Part shown: positions 37,406 through 49,376 of the stretch, piece by piece
How positions within the stretch are numbered: the stretch's first letter is position 1
Layout of the letters: each line of letters starts with the position of its first letter
Assembly (NCBI RefSeq): GCF_006345805.1
Contig: NC_043018.1
Location: 26,102,001-26,166,000, forward strand
DNA: 64,000 bases
DNA from: Octopus sinensis
Taxonomy: Eukaryota
Direction of reading: 5' to 3'
Position numbers and translations under genes: made by a program
The notes under the pieces: model-generated
Databases searched by the model: none
The model's input: the letters and a program-made list of their open reading frames with translations, nothing else
Told to the model about the DNA's origin: nothing

Positions 37406-37523
37406 TGAAACCATGAGACTTGACACTGGATTGATTATTGAAGTATGGAATAAAGGAATGTTGTGGGACAGCCTTCTTGGACTTCATTGGCTTCCACTTC
37501 GAAAAATTCACCATTCTAATCAG
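37406..37523 (+). CDS. unc-13: unc-13/Munc13 coding exon (C2A domain continued, equivalent to vertebrate exon 4), 118 nt, phase 2 to phase 0
   Basis: tttttttcag acceptor (AG 37404-37405) and CAG|GT donor at 37524. First T completes the TT|T Phe codon from the previous exon. Translation ETMRLDTGLIIEVWNKGMLWDSLLGLHWLPLRKIHHSNQ matches recalled Munc13-1 [39 protein letters not shown]. Confidence 0.95.
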
Positions 37524-37718
37524 GTTATTTTTGGATTCTTATTTTCTCTTTCCTTTTTGTTGTTGCTTGCTATGTTAACTATTGTTAACAGTGGTTTGTT
37601 TAGTTAATCACTGTTAGCCATTATTTATTCATTCATCAATTATTTCTTAACATCTCTCCCTCACCAGAAATAGTCTAAGTTTAATTTATTCAAAATGTGT
37701 TTTTTTGGTTTTTTTGTT

Positions 37719-38180
37719 GTAAGACAGTAGGATGTGATTGGAGAAAGATTTGGCTGTTATTTCTATCAGGTCAAGCAATCTTGTAGACCATTCATCATTG
37801 ACAAATTGTATCTGGAATTTCATTCTTTAATGTGTCCTTCATTTCTTTTAAGATGGTAGTGTTTGATTTGAAGGAGATTTGGTTGCTATTTCTAGCAGGT
37901 GAAGCAATCATGCTGAACCCCCCATCATTGACATAGTGTATCTAGAATTGCCTTCTCTAATGTGTAGAGTGTCTTTCATTTTTTTTAAGATGGTAGTGTA
38001 GGAATTGAGAAGGTTTTAGCTGTTATTTCTAGCAGGTGAAACAACCACGTAGAATCTCCATCATTGACATAGTGTATTTAGGATTGCATCATCTAATGTG
38101 TCCTTCTCTTTAAAGACAAATGGGTGTGGTTTGAAGGACATGTAGCTGCTATTACTAGCTGGCCGAGCAGCCCTGTTGAA
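37719..38180. repeat. Degenerate ~130-bp tandem repeat (about 4 units) just downstream of the second unc-13 exon
   Basis: Recurrent gatttgg.tg.tatttctagcagg...catcattgacatagtgtat blocks. Confidence 0.8.
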
Positions 38181-38394
38181 GCTTCCTTGGAATAGATATA
38201 CAGTCCTTGCTGAAGTGTAAAGGACATTTGCCGTCGTATTTTGTAAGCACTTTGCGACCAGAGAGTCTGGAGTGACGTATGTGAAGTCTGAAGCGTTTTG
38301 GCATTTACTGTAATGTGAGGAAATAGAAGAGTGTCTCGAAATATCTGCTCTCAGAAGGGAGGACTGCATGCAGTATTTGTTCGGCGTAGGCTAT

Positions 38395-38423
38395 AGAGAG
38401 AGAGAGAGAGAGAGTGAGAGAGA

Positions 38424-38460
<37 letters not shown>

Positions 38461-38686
38461 TGTGTGTGTGTGTGTGTGCGTGTATGTGTGCATGTGATGT
38501 GTGCATGTGTGTGTGTGTGTATGTGCGTGTGTGTGCGTGCGTGTGTGTGTGTGTGTGTGCGTGTGTGTGTGTGGGTGTGTGCGTGCGTGCGTGTGTGTGT
38601 GCGTGTGTGTGTGCGTGTGTGCACGTGTGTGTGTGTGTCGTGTGTGTGTGCGCGCGCGTGTGTGTGTGCATGTGTGTGTGTGTGTG
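38395..38686. repeat. (GA)n + (GT)n compound microsatellite
   Basis: Direct reading. Confidence 0.95.
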
Positions 38687-39224
38687 AAAGGCAATAAACA
38701 GATGTAGTTAAAAGTGGAATGCAGCTGAGAATTATTTTTAAAGAGCAGAATTCTTTATAGCACCAATATAATAATAATAATAATAATATAATAATAACAA
38801 TAGTAATAATATAGTGTACAAAAATGGGTTAAAGATAGTTTTGTCTCTGTGGGAGAGTTTATTGATTAGGTGAATAGCTTTCTTGCAAATGTGTCCTAAG
38901 ATTCGCACAAGCACTCTGCACTTCGTCCCTGGCAAGTAAAGTGTGCTTGGACGTTGGAGAGTGACAACAGCTGCTTAAGGTGAAAATGTTCTTTTAATCC
39001 GAAGAGATTAAGCCGGCTTTCTTTTATGTGATAGGGGTATGGGGAAGGGTGGGGTGCAGGAGGAAGAGAAAAGGAAAGAAGGAGAAGTGGAGAAATGAAT
39101 TGGTTTGTTGTTTGTTGTGAGGAAGAAAGGAGAGGAAAAGTCTTGCGTTTCTGGCTGTGTGTTTCATCGGAGAGTGAGGTTTACTAATGGTGCTGAATGG
39201 ATAAATTTATCTGTTTAGTACCAT

Positions 39225-39920
39225 CAGAGAGAGAGACAAAGAGCGACACACACACACACACACACCACACACATTCAGACAGACATAGAGACAGATAGAC
39301 AGACAAGGAGACACAGAGTCAAACAGACAGAGATACACAGCTAGACAGACAGATAGGCACAGGGTCAAACAGACACTGAAACAGATAGACAAAGAGAGAC
39401 ACAGAGATAGACTGCTAGGCAGACAGATAACACATGGTCAGACAGACAAAGAAGCAGATAGACAGCTAGACAGACAGATAGGCACAGGGTCAGACAGACA
39501 CAGAAGCAGATAGACAAAGACAGACAGACAGAGATAGACAGCTAGACAGACAGGTAGGCACAGGGTCAGACAGACACAGAAGCAGATAGATAAAAACAGA
39601 CAGACAGAGATAGACAGACAGATAGGCACAGGGTCAGACAGACACAGAAGCAGATAGACAAAGACAGACAGACATAGACAGCTTGACAGACAGATAGGCA
39701 CAGGGTCGGACAGACACAGAAGCAGATAGACAAAGACAGACAGACATAGACAGCTTGACAGACAGATAGGCACAGGGTCAGACAGACACAGAAGCAGATA
39801 GACAGCTAGACAGACAGACAGGCACAGGATCAGACAGAAAGGCACAGGGTGAGACAGACACAGAAGCAGATAGACAAAGACAGACAGACAGAGATAGATA
39901 GACAACAGAAAGACAGATTA
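39225..39920. repeat. (GACA)-derived minisatellite with ataggcacagggtcagacagacacagaagcagat units
   Basis: Direct reading. Confidence 0.92.
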
Positions 39921-40228
39921 AAAGAAAAATAGAGAAAATACTGAAGTGTGAGAGGGAGTGGAAGGACACAAGGGGACATGTGTTGGTCAATGGGCAAAAA
40001 AGGGAGATAATCAATGAGAGAGCTTGTCCATTGATATGGCTTTGGCATTCTTTAGAATCAGAGTCTAAGAAAGATCACAAAAGACAGTGAGTCTTGCCAC
40101 TTTTTATGAGGGGGAACCTTTTGTACTGGTTGTTGTTAGACCCAGATAGAGCAGACAAACCTACAATCAGAAAGACATATGCTTTAACTATGGCCATTGC
40201 ATTTTTGTTTGTTTGTTTGTTTAGAGAT

Positions 40229-40392
40229 AGGCACAGGCATGGCTGTGTAGTACAACCCTTGCTTCCCAACCATATGGTTCCAGGTTCAGTCCTACTGCGT
40301 GGCACCTTGGACAAGTGTTTTCTACTATAATCTTGGGCCGGCCAAAGCCTTGTGAGTAGATTTGGCAGGCAGAAACTGGAATAAGCCTATTA

Positions 40393-40426
<34 letters not shown>

Positions 40427-40590
40427 CACACATTAAGGTGTGTATTTTTGTCCCCCCACCACTGCTTCACAACCAGCGTTGGTGTTTTTTACAGTCCCAT
40501 AACTTAGCGGTTTGAGAAAAGAAATGGATAGAATAAATGCCAAACTTCAAAAACATATGTAGTTTTGTTGATTCATTTGACAAGAAATTC
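40229..40590 (+). mobile_element. SINE family A, diverged
   Basis: Family A motifs. Confidence 0.8.
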
Positions 40591-40920
40591 TTCTACCTCT
40601 CCAGATTATATTATAAAATGTGCCCTTTTTTTTTTGTGATGGCGGGACGTAATTTCAAGCAATGAGTTGTTAGATCATCAGATAGATAACTTTGTGATAA
40701 TCATTCCTGCTCCTTATGCTCTGAGTTCAAACCTCACCGAGTTCAAATTTACTTTTCATTCTCTTGGGGGTCGATAAGTACCAATCTTGTACTGAAGCTA
40801 ATTCTTCTCTTTCTTCTATTCTTTCTGGAAGAAATCAACTGTGTTCAGAGTTGGAGATAGACGAGTTCCACCCCATCTGAAAATGCCCAATGCATGCCAT
40901 CTGTTGTGATGGTACCTCTA

Positions 40921-41157
40921 GGACAGTGAGCTGGCAGAAACGTTAGCACACCGGGTGAAATGCATAGCCGTGTTTTGTCTGCCGTTACGTTGTGAGCTCA
41001 AATTCTGCCAAGGTCGACTTTGCCTTTCATCCTTTCGGGGTCGATAAATTAAGTACCAGTTACGCACTGGAGTCAATGTAATCAGCTTAATACCTTTGTC
41101 TGTCCTTGTTTGTCCCCATCTATGTTTAGCCCCTTGTGGGTAATAAAGAAATAGGTA
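40921..41157 (+). mobile_element. SINE family B, full length
   Basis: 10-bp TSD ggtacctcta. Confidence 0.9.
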
Positions 41158-42002
41158 CCTCTACGACTCTTATCTAGGAGTTGAGGGCCCATGCAGTGGG
41201 ACTGAACTCCGGAACCATGTAGTTGAGAAGCAAATTTCTTAACAGAACGGCCACGCCTTTGCCTTGCCTTACATAGTACAGAAACTATTTGATATACGTT
41301 TTAACCTATTTGTGGCACTGACATTTAATAATGAAATAATATATCTCTATGACATTTCCAGGAAATATGTTTAAATGATGTTAACTTCATTGTCAAACTT
41401 TTGAATTACCATTTTCTTGGTATTAGCTCTTTTATCGATATTGAAGGGAAAGAAAGAAAGGCTTTCACAGTATTTTCGCCGTCTGCAATCTATAACTTTT
41501 GTTTCTGCTTTTTTTTTCTGTTTTCTTCCTTTTGTTTTTGTTTTTCGGTAAGCCATTTGTATTGATGTTTGACAACAGCATCCTGCTTTTGTTATTTATA
41601 TTTTTTTATTCTGTATTTTTTATTTTTTTTTGTATTTTATATTTTGTATTTATATCTTCTTGTATCTAACTGACTAACAGTCTGGATTGTGGGATTAAGA
41701 CTGCAAGAAAAAAAAAACAAAAATACAACAACAACGAAACAAAACAAAACACACAAAAAAAATCTATATAATCTTTATTCATTTCATTATATCAAATTTT
41801 ATATCAGTTATTTAGGTCAGTGAGTTTCTCATTTAAGGATAGCTGTTGTAGTATACAATAAGAGCAGCCCTTCGAACCAAATATTGTCGATTTCTTTGCA
41901 GTGCCCCCATCGGACGCTTAAGTTAATTTACTTCATAATGGTAGTTTTTGTTGCATAGCGGCAATCAGCAGCAGCAACAGTAGTAGTAGTAGTAGTAGTA
42001 GC

Positions 42003-42036
<34 letters not shown>

Positions 42037-42337
42037 ATGATTTCAAATTTTGGCTCAAGGTCAACAATCTCTTAGGTCAGGACTAGTCAATTGTATCGAC
42101 CCCCACCTCCGCCCATTCCCGATACTTTAACTGTTACTTTATTTTATTGACTCCCAAGAGGGATGAAAGGTGAAGTTGACCTTAGTGGAATTTGAACTCA
42201 GAATGTAAGCAGCTGAAAGGGATGCTGCTCAGCATTTCGTCTGACATGCTAATAATTCTCCCATCTCGCTGTTTTCAAAATATGGTTCCGGGTTTGGTCC
42301 CACTGCGTGGTACATTGGAAGAGTGCCCTCTACTATG

Positions 42338-42727
42338 GGTGCAGGCATGGGTGTGTGGTAAGAAGCTTGCTTCCCAACCACATGGTTCCAGGTTCAATCT
42401 TGCTGCATGGTACCTTGGGCAAGTGTCTTCTACTATAGCCTCAGGTTGACCAAAGCCTTGTGAGTGGATTTGGTGGCCAAAAACTGAAAGAAGTATGTAT
42501 ATATCTATGTGTGTGTTTGTGTCTTTGTTTGTACCGCCCACCACCACCATCGCTTGACAACCGATGTTGGTGTGTTTATGTCCTCATAACTGAGCAGTTT
42601 GGCAGAAGAGACCGATAGAATAAGCGCCAGGCGTACAAAGAATAAGTCCTGGGGTCGATTTCTTTGACTAAAATATGGTGTTCCAGCATGGCCACAGTCA
42701 AATGAATGAAACAAATAAAGAATAAAA
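42338..42727 (+). mobile_element. SINE family A
   Basis: Family A motifs. Confidence 0.85.
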
Positions 42728-43790
42728 AAATAATAATTCTTTCAAATTTTGGGAGCAGGCGAGCAGTTTGAGGGAAGGGGCTAGTTAATTACACCGACTC
42801 CCGTGCTCATCTGGAATTTCCTGCGATATGAGATTCTCAAACACCCTTGTCCTCCTCAGAGAAACTGCATTCTGGAAGAGCTGTGTTTCATGCTCCCCAT
42901 CCATGTTACAATGACCCCCTCCCCCCTCCCCACTCATGCATTATGCCTGTCTCCCTCTCTCACCCCGACGGTACCTAGAGACAACCCAACCATGTCATCC
43001 TCCTCCTGGCAACCAGGTCACTTTACTATTCCTCTCTCTTTCCCCCTCCACCCACTCTCTCTTCTGCAGCCTTCTATCTTCTCCCAGCTCATTGTTCTTT
43101 GTTCATCCACCCTTCAGCCTTACCCACGATGACAGTCTCCCTTCACCATCATCCCCTCCTTACCATCCACCTGCCAGCTTCTATTCAGCTTGTGCCATGT
43201 AGGGCCCTCTGGGCACCTCATCATCATTATCTATGTCCTGCAGTTCTTTCAGATCATTTTCTCTTTCTCTCTCCACCTTTCTCCTACTAGATCTGAGTAT
43301 CCATGCTGATCCCTTCGCAAGAACCTTCTCCATCCCAGCTTCTCATAATAATCCCCTCCCCCCAAGTTCATAACCCTGTGAACTGCATGGCAGCATCAAT
43401 AGTACAGGTGGCACAGAAAGAGCACACAACCCACACTGTGACATGATTGGTGTCCCCATGGAAATTGATGCACTGGGCCCTATAATATTTTTTATCGACA
43501 GGACGCTACAATATACATAGAACAGAATTTGGCCCCTAGAATCATGAGTCCTCTAGGCAATTGACCAGTGTGCCCATGCCTTAAGACAGCTCTGGTTGGC
43601 ATTAGGAAGGGCATCCAGCCAAAGCAGGCATTGCAGCATGATGCGATCCAAGGGCATATTGAACCCTTTCAAATTGTCCAGCCTATGCCAACATGGAACA
43701 TGGACGTTAAATGATGATAATGATGATGGTGTTTTATATGTGTGTGTGTATGTGTGTGTGTATATACTTTTATCTTTCACTTGTTTCAAC

Positions 43791-44316
43791 TAGAAAAGAT
43801 TTTCTAACTAGAAAGGGTATGGCCTGATCAACCTGTAAAGATCTGGTCATCAAATCTAAGTAGAGACTTCAAACTTGAAATCTTCAAAGCCACATTCGAA
43901 CCAATTCTACTATATGGCTCAAAAACCTGGACGTTATCAAAGAAGCTTGAGAGGTGGTTGGATGGAACCTACACTTGCCTCCTTATGAGAGCTCAAAATC
44001 TCTCGTGGAAGCGTCATCCAACCAAAATGCAAATATATGGGAAACTACCACCTGTGTCATCTCTTGTGAAAGGTAGGAGAGTCCAGTTTCCTGGACATTG
44101 TTGTAGAGCTGAAAACGAGGCAATTTCTACTCTTCTCCTCTGGAAGCCATCTAGTCACAATACCAGAGGGTGCACACTCTCCTACCCTGATGTAATCTCC
44201 AGGGATACAGGCATCCAGCAACAGGACCTCCGTAATGCTTTGATGGACCGTGAAGTCTGGCGTAGCATGGTAAATTCCATTGTCTTGACCACGGTCGAAC
44301 AATGATGATGATGATG
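43791..44316 (+). pseudogene. 5'-truncated RTE/RTE-X-type LINE (RT C-terminal region + (GAT)n tail) inserted into a family A tail
   Basis: Translation ...KLEIFKATFEPILLYGSKTWTLSKKLERWLDGTYTCLLMRAQNLSWKRHPT...RRVQFPGHCCR...LMDREVWRSMV... ends at 44305 and is followed directly by (GAT)n. Confidence 0.88.
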
Positions 44317-44744
44317 TTGCATTTTGGCCATGCTGGGGCAGTGTTCTGAAGAATTTTTAGTGGAATGAATTGACCCTAATACTAAATTTTGTTAAGTCTG
44401 GTACTTATTCAATCAGTCTCTTTTGCAGAACCACTAAGTTACAGGAATGTTAACATACCAATGCTGCTTGTCAAGTGGTGGTGGACACACACACACACAC
44501 ACACACACACATACGATGAGCTTCTTTCAGTTTCCATCTACTAAATCCACTCACAAGGCCTTGGTTGGTGTGCAAGTGGGACTGAACCTGGAACAATGTG
44601 GTTGGCAAGTAAGCTTCTTACCACACGGACACACCTCCGCCTACATATGTGTGGATATGAAAATAAACTTTTATAATTATATTTTTTTCTGAAAACCAAA
44701 ACAATGCAATTCACAAAAATAAAAGAGATTGATAGTTTTCCTTG

Positions 44745-44781
<37 letters not shown>

Positions 44782-45099
44782 TCATGATATATATAATATA
44801 TCAAGGAAGCACCGAAGATAGGGGAGTGAGTTAGTGGAATTGGTAGTTTTGACATTCTTGTATCTCCCCAGAGCAAATGAGTATTTTAAAGGAAGCTGTC
44901 ATATCTTGAAATGGAAACAGAATGGCAGATTCCATCCTCTGAGGATTTATAACCTACTACTACTACTACTACTACTACTACCACTACTACTACTACTACC
45001 ACTATTACTTCTGGTGGTGCTGCTGTTGGTACTAGTATTACTACTAACACCAAAACCACTGCCAGTACAGCTATTATCAAACACTAACACCACTATCAC

Positions 45100-45137
<38 letters not shown>

Positions 45138-45350
45138 ATAATAAATATTAGGGAATAATCCAACTTACAGGGAAAAATCAGATTTAGGATTGAATCCAAT
45201 TTTATAGTAAAATATTATATTATATTAAATTAGAGACAAAACCACTATTAGGCAAATCATACAATGAAAAACTTAAGCCAATACATAAGATTATTTAATT
45301 TATATTATTTAAATATATAACAAAATTATTAAAAAAATATAATTAATATA

Positions 45351-45416
45351 TCACTACGATCGTTTCATGGCTGTTAATTTCTTTAAATTTTCGAGTTACA
45401 GTCATTCATCAGGTGG
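45351..45416 (-). ncRNA. Minimal type-I hammerhead ribozyme motif with intact core (Penelope-like element terminus)
   Basis: Minus strand: cac-CUGAUGA-augacugu...acagccau-GAAA-cgauc-GUA-gug. Stems I and II pair and stem III is palindromic (ACGAUCGU). Confidence 0.7.
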
Positions 45417-45511
45417 TTTAAATATTTATCTTGGCGAGGTTTAAAAAATATACATGTATGTATGTACATATATATATATATACATACATACATACATACA
45501 TGTATATTTTT

Positions 45512-45715
45512 TACCTTTATTCTTTCTTTAGCTTGTTTCAGTCATTTTGGCTGTGGCCATGCTTGAGCACCACCTTTAGTCAAACAAATTGATCCAAGGA
45601 CTTATTCTTTGGAAGCCTAGTACTTATTCTATCGAACTTTTTTGCCTAGCCGCTGAGATGTAAACACACCACCATCGGTTGTCAAGCAATGTTGGGGGAC
45701 AGACATAGGCACACA

Positions 45716-45772
<57 letters not shown>

Positions 45773-45912
45773 TATATACGACGGGCTTCTTTCAGTTTCC
45801 GTCTACCAAATCCACTCACAAGGCTTTGGTCGGCCCGAGGCTATAGTAGAAGATACTTGCTCAAGGTGCCATGCAGTGGGACTGAATCCTACCACACAGC
45901 CACTCCTGCGCC
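45512..45912 (-). mobile_element. SINE family A
   Basis: Family A motifs with a small deletion in the head. Confidence 0.88.
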
Positions 45913-45914
45913 TA

Positions 45915-46400
45915 TGCAAACAAATTTTCACAAACTTTGTCCATGTTCAGATCTTCATGAATAATTCTGTGTAGAGTTGCCACACCATTTCCACACTGTA
46001 TGCTTGTTCTTGTCCTTAGCGCCATACGACGGTCTTCATCCAAAAATTGCAAATTTTCTCAACCTGTTCTGGAGTTCTGACATCCCCCTCCTTCCAATAC
46101 CTCACTCTCATCTCTCTCCTCTTCTCTACCATCCTTCAACCTCTTGTGCTTGTGAAAAAACACGCTTGGCTCATACCAGTTAATCCATGACCAGTCTGGA
46201 GCATTTAATAAGTCTCTGCAACGTTTTTTTGCCCAGTTTAACATAAAACTTTATTGCATAGCGAGCTTCCGACTGTCCTGACTGCATTCTGCAAACTAGT
46301 CAGCCGTGACAAGCAGTGCTTAGTGTGGTGTGTTGAAAGTGCTGTTAGAACTATCTCCTTCAATCTGCAATACCAAAGGTGGCAGGTCAGCTTGTTAGAT
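45915..46400 (-). pseudogene. Mariner transposase N-terminal (HTH) remnant with 5' leader
   Basis: Frameshifted minus translation EARYAIKFYVKLGK...HKRLKDGREE...IHEDLNMDKVC matches mariner N-terminal motifs. Confidence 0.75.
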
Positions 46401-46420
46401 GTATAATAATGATACAACCA

Positions 46421-46783
46421 CAGGAGTGGCTGTGTGGTAAATAGCTTGCTTCCCAACCACATGGTCCTGGGTTCAGTCCCACTGTATGGCACCTTGGGCT
46501 AGTGTCTTTTACTATGGTCTCTGGCTGACCAAGGCCTTGTGAGTGAATTTGGTAGACAGAAACTGAAAGAAGCCTGTCATGTGTGTGTGTCTGTGTTTGC
46601 CCCCTACTACCATCGCTTGACAACTGATGCTGGTGTGTTTACGTCCCTGTAACTTTGCAGTTTGGCAAAAGAGACTGGTAGAATAAGTACTAGGCTTGCA
46701 AAGAATAAGTTCTGGGTTGATTTGTTCGACTAAAGGCTGTGCTCCAGCATGGCTGCAGTCAAATGACTGAAACAAATAAAAGA
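46421..46783 (+). mobile_element. SINE family A
   Basis: Family A motifs. Confidence 0.88.
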
Positions 46784-46850
46784 ATATATATATGTGTGTG
46801 TGTGTGTGTGTAATAGTAACAGGAGATGGATTGGTATGTATGCATGTACA

Positions 46851-47955
46851 CCATCATCATCGTCATCATCATCATTTAAAGTTCATTGTCCATGCTGTCA
46901 TGAGTTGGACAGTTTGACCAGGACTGGTAAGCTGAGGGGCTGCACCAGGTTCCAGTCTGATGTGGTGTGGTTTTTATGGCTGGATGCCCTTCCTAATGCC
47001 AACCACTCTGAGAGTGTAATACGTGCTTTTATGTGCCACCAGCAAGTGTGCCAGTTGTGTGACACCAGTAACTGCCATGACTGTGATTTCACTCAGCTTG
47101 ATGGATTTTCCTTCTGAAGCACAGCATATTGCCGAAGATCTTGGTCATTTGTTGTTGCATCCGTGAAGCTCAGCACTAAAAAGGTGCTTTTTAGGTTCCA
47201 CCAGCACAGGTGTCAGCTACGCAATACCAGCATCGGTCACATTTCCTCCATGAGGTCCAACACTCAAAAGATGCTTTTTATGTGCCACCAGCACAGGTGT
47301 CAGCTACGCAATACCAGCATCGGTCACATTTCCTCCATGAGGTCCAACACTCAAAAGATGCTTTTTATGTGCCACCAGCACAGGTGTCAGCTACGCAATA
47401 CCAGCATCGGTCACATTTCCTCCATGAGGTCCAACACTCAAAAGATGCTTTTTATGTGCCACCAGCACAGGTGTCAGCTACGCAATACCAGCATCGGTCA
47501 CATTTCCTCCACGAGGTCCAACACTCAAAAGATGCTTTTTATGTGCCACCAGCACAGGTGTCAGCTACGCAATACCAGCATCGGTCACATTTCCTCCATG
47601 AGGTCCAACACTCAAAAGATGCTTTTTATGTGCAACCAGCACAGGTGTCAGCTATGCAACACCAGCATCGGTCACATTTCCTCCATGTGGCCCAACACTC
47701 AAAAGATGCTTTTTATGTGCCACCAACCCAGGTGTCAGCTATGCAACATCAGCATCAGCCATATTTCTTCCATGAGGCCCAGCACTAAAAAGGTGCTTTT
47801 TAGGTTCCACCAACCCAGGTGTCAGCTATGCAACAGCAGCATTGGTCACATTTCCTCCATGAGGCCCAACACTCAAAAGGTGCTTTTTATGTGCTACCAG
47901 CATGGGTGCCACTTATGTGACACAGACAACGGCCACAACTATGATTTCATTTGGC
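46851..47955 (-). mobile_element. Family C copy whose internal unit is expanded into an 84-bp tandem array (~47170-47925, about 9 units)
   Basis: Unit cactcaaaagatgctttttatgtgccaccagcacaggtgtcagctacgcaataccagcatcggtcacatttcctccatgaggtccaa contains the family C tgctttttatgtgccacc motif. Confidence 0.85.
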
Positions 47956-48574
47956 TTAGAGAGAGAGAGAGAGATAGAGAGAGAGTGAGAATAGCGGGTA
48001 CTCTGTCGGTTACAAGATCAAGTGTCCCAGTTGACTCAATGAATGCAATAGCCTGCTCATGAAATGACTATGGAAGTGGCTGAGCACTCCACAGACATCC
48101 ATACCCATAACATAGTTCTTAGAGGAGATTCAGCGTGACACAGAATGTGACAAGGCTGGCCCCTTTGAATTACTGGTACAATTCATTTTTGCCAGCTGAG
48201 TGGACTGGGGCAATGGGAAATAAAGTGTCTTGCTCAAGGTCGCAACATGTCACTGGGGATTGAACCTACGATTGCGAACCGAATACCCGAACCACTGTGT
48301 CATGCGCCTTCACCGAGAGAGTGTAGTGACAATGATTATGACGTCCAACCATGTGGCTGAGGGAAGATACTTTGGGAGAGGGTGGTCGTTTTTGGACAGA
48401 CACTGAATATAAATGCTGTGGAATGTCACTTCTGGAAATATAGAAGGTGATGGGGTGGTGGTGGTCGTGGGTGGGGCAGTGGAGAAACTTTGATCAGCTG
48501 CGATGTTGATACTTACACCGAGGCACAACCATTAAATATACATGCAGACTTACTCATCACAAAGAACCTCCTCT

Positions 48575-48896
48575 TGCTCTCTCTCTCTCTCTCTCTCTCT
48601 CTCACTTTCTCTCTATCTTTTTCTCACTTTCTCTTTCTCTCTCTTCATTTCTCTTTCTTTCTCTCTCCCGTTCTCTCTCTCTCTCTTTCTCTCCCTTTCT
48701 CTCTATCCCTTTTGTCTCGCTCTCTTTCCTTTTCTTTTTCTTTCTCTCGTTCTCTCCTTTTCTCTCTCTTTCTCTCTCTTTTTTCTCCTTCTCTCTCTTT
48801 CTCCCTCTCTTTGCCTATCTCTCTGCTCTCCCTTTGTTTCAATTTCCCTTGCTCTCTCTCTCTTTTTCTCTCTCTCCCTCTTGTTCTCCCCTTCTT

Positions 48897-48930
<34 letters not shown>
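48575..48930. repeat. (CT)-rich tract + (CA)n
   Basis: Direct reading. Confidence 0.95.
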
Positions 48931-48933
<3 letters not shown>

Positions 48934-49267
48934 TGCACACACACATTTATATGCACACATGGAAGTAGGTGTAGTTTGGCTGAATGCTTAAGAAGTTCAC
49001 GTCACAGTGAATGTCCCAGGTTCAATTTCACTGCATGACACTTTGGGCAAATGTAATTTTAGATCCCCTTGGGTCGACGCCTACCCTTGCGAACGAAGTT
49101 GGGTAGACAGCAGCTGTGTAGAAGCTGGCTTGATGGATTGAATCTATAATTTAAAATCCCAACCTTGCCTCTCTGATTCTGTCTTAGAATTATATGTCAG
49201 TGGAATACTCAATCACTTCACCCCAATTCAGTGTATGTACATATACATACATACACATGGGTGTGTG

Positions 49268-49321
<54 letters not shown>

Positions 49322-49343
49322 TACCTACCTATCTCTCTCTCTG

Positions 49344-49376
<33 letters not shown>

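Noticed and set aside
39187-39197. REST/RE1 half-site (reverse complement ttcagcaccat)
   Set aside because: Only the left half is present and REST/RE1 regulation is not established in molluscs; the hairpin explains the sequence better.
47163-48062. 299-aa His/Cys repeat protein (zinc-finger-like appearance)
   Set aside because: Derived from an 84-bp tandem expansion inside a family C repeat; no C2H2 spacing, and a second frame is equally open.
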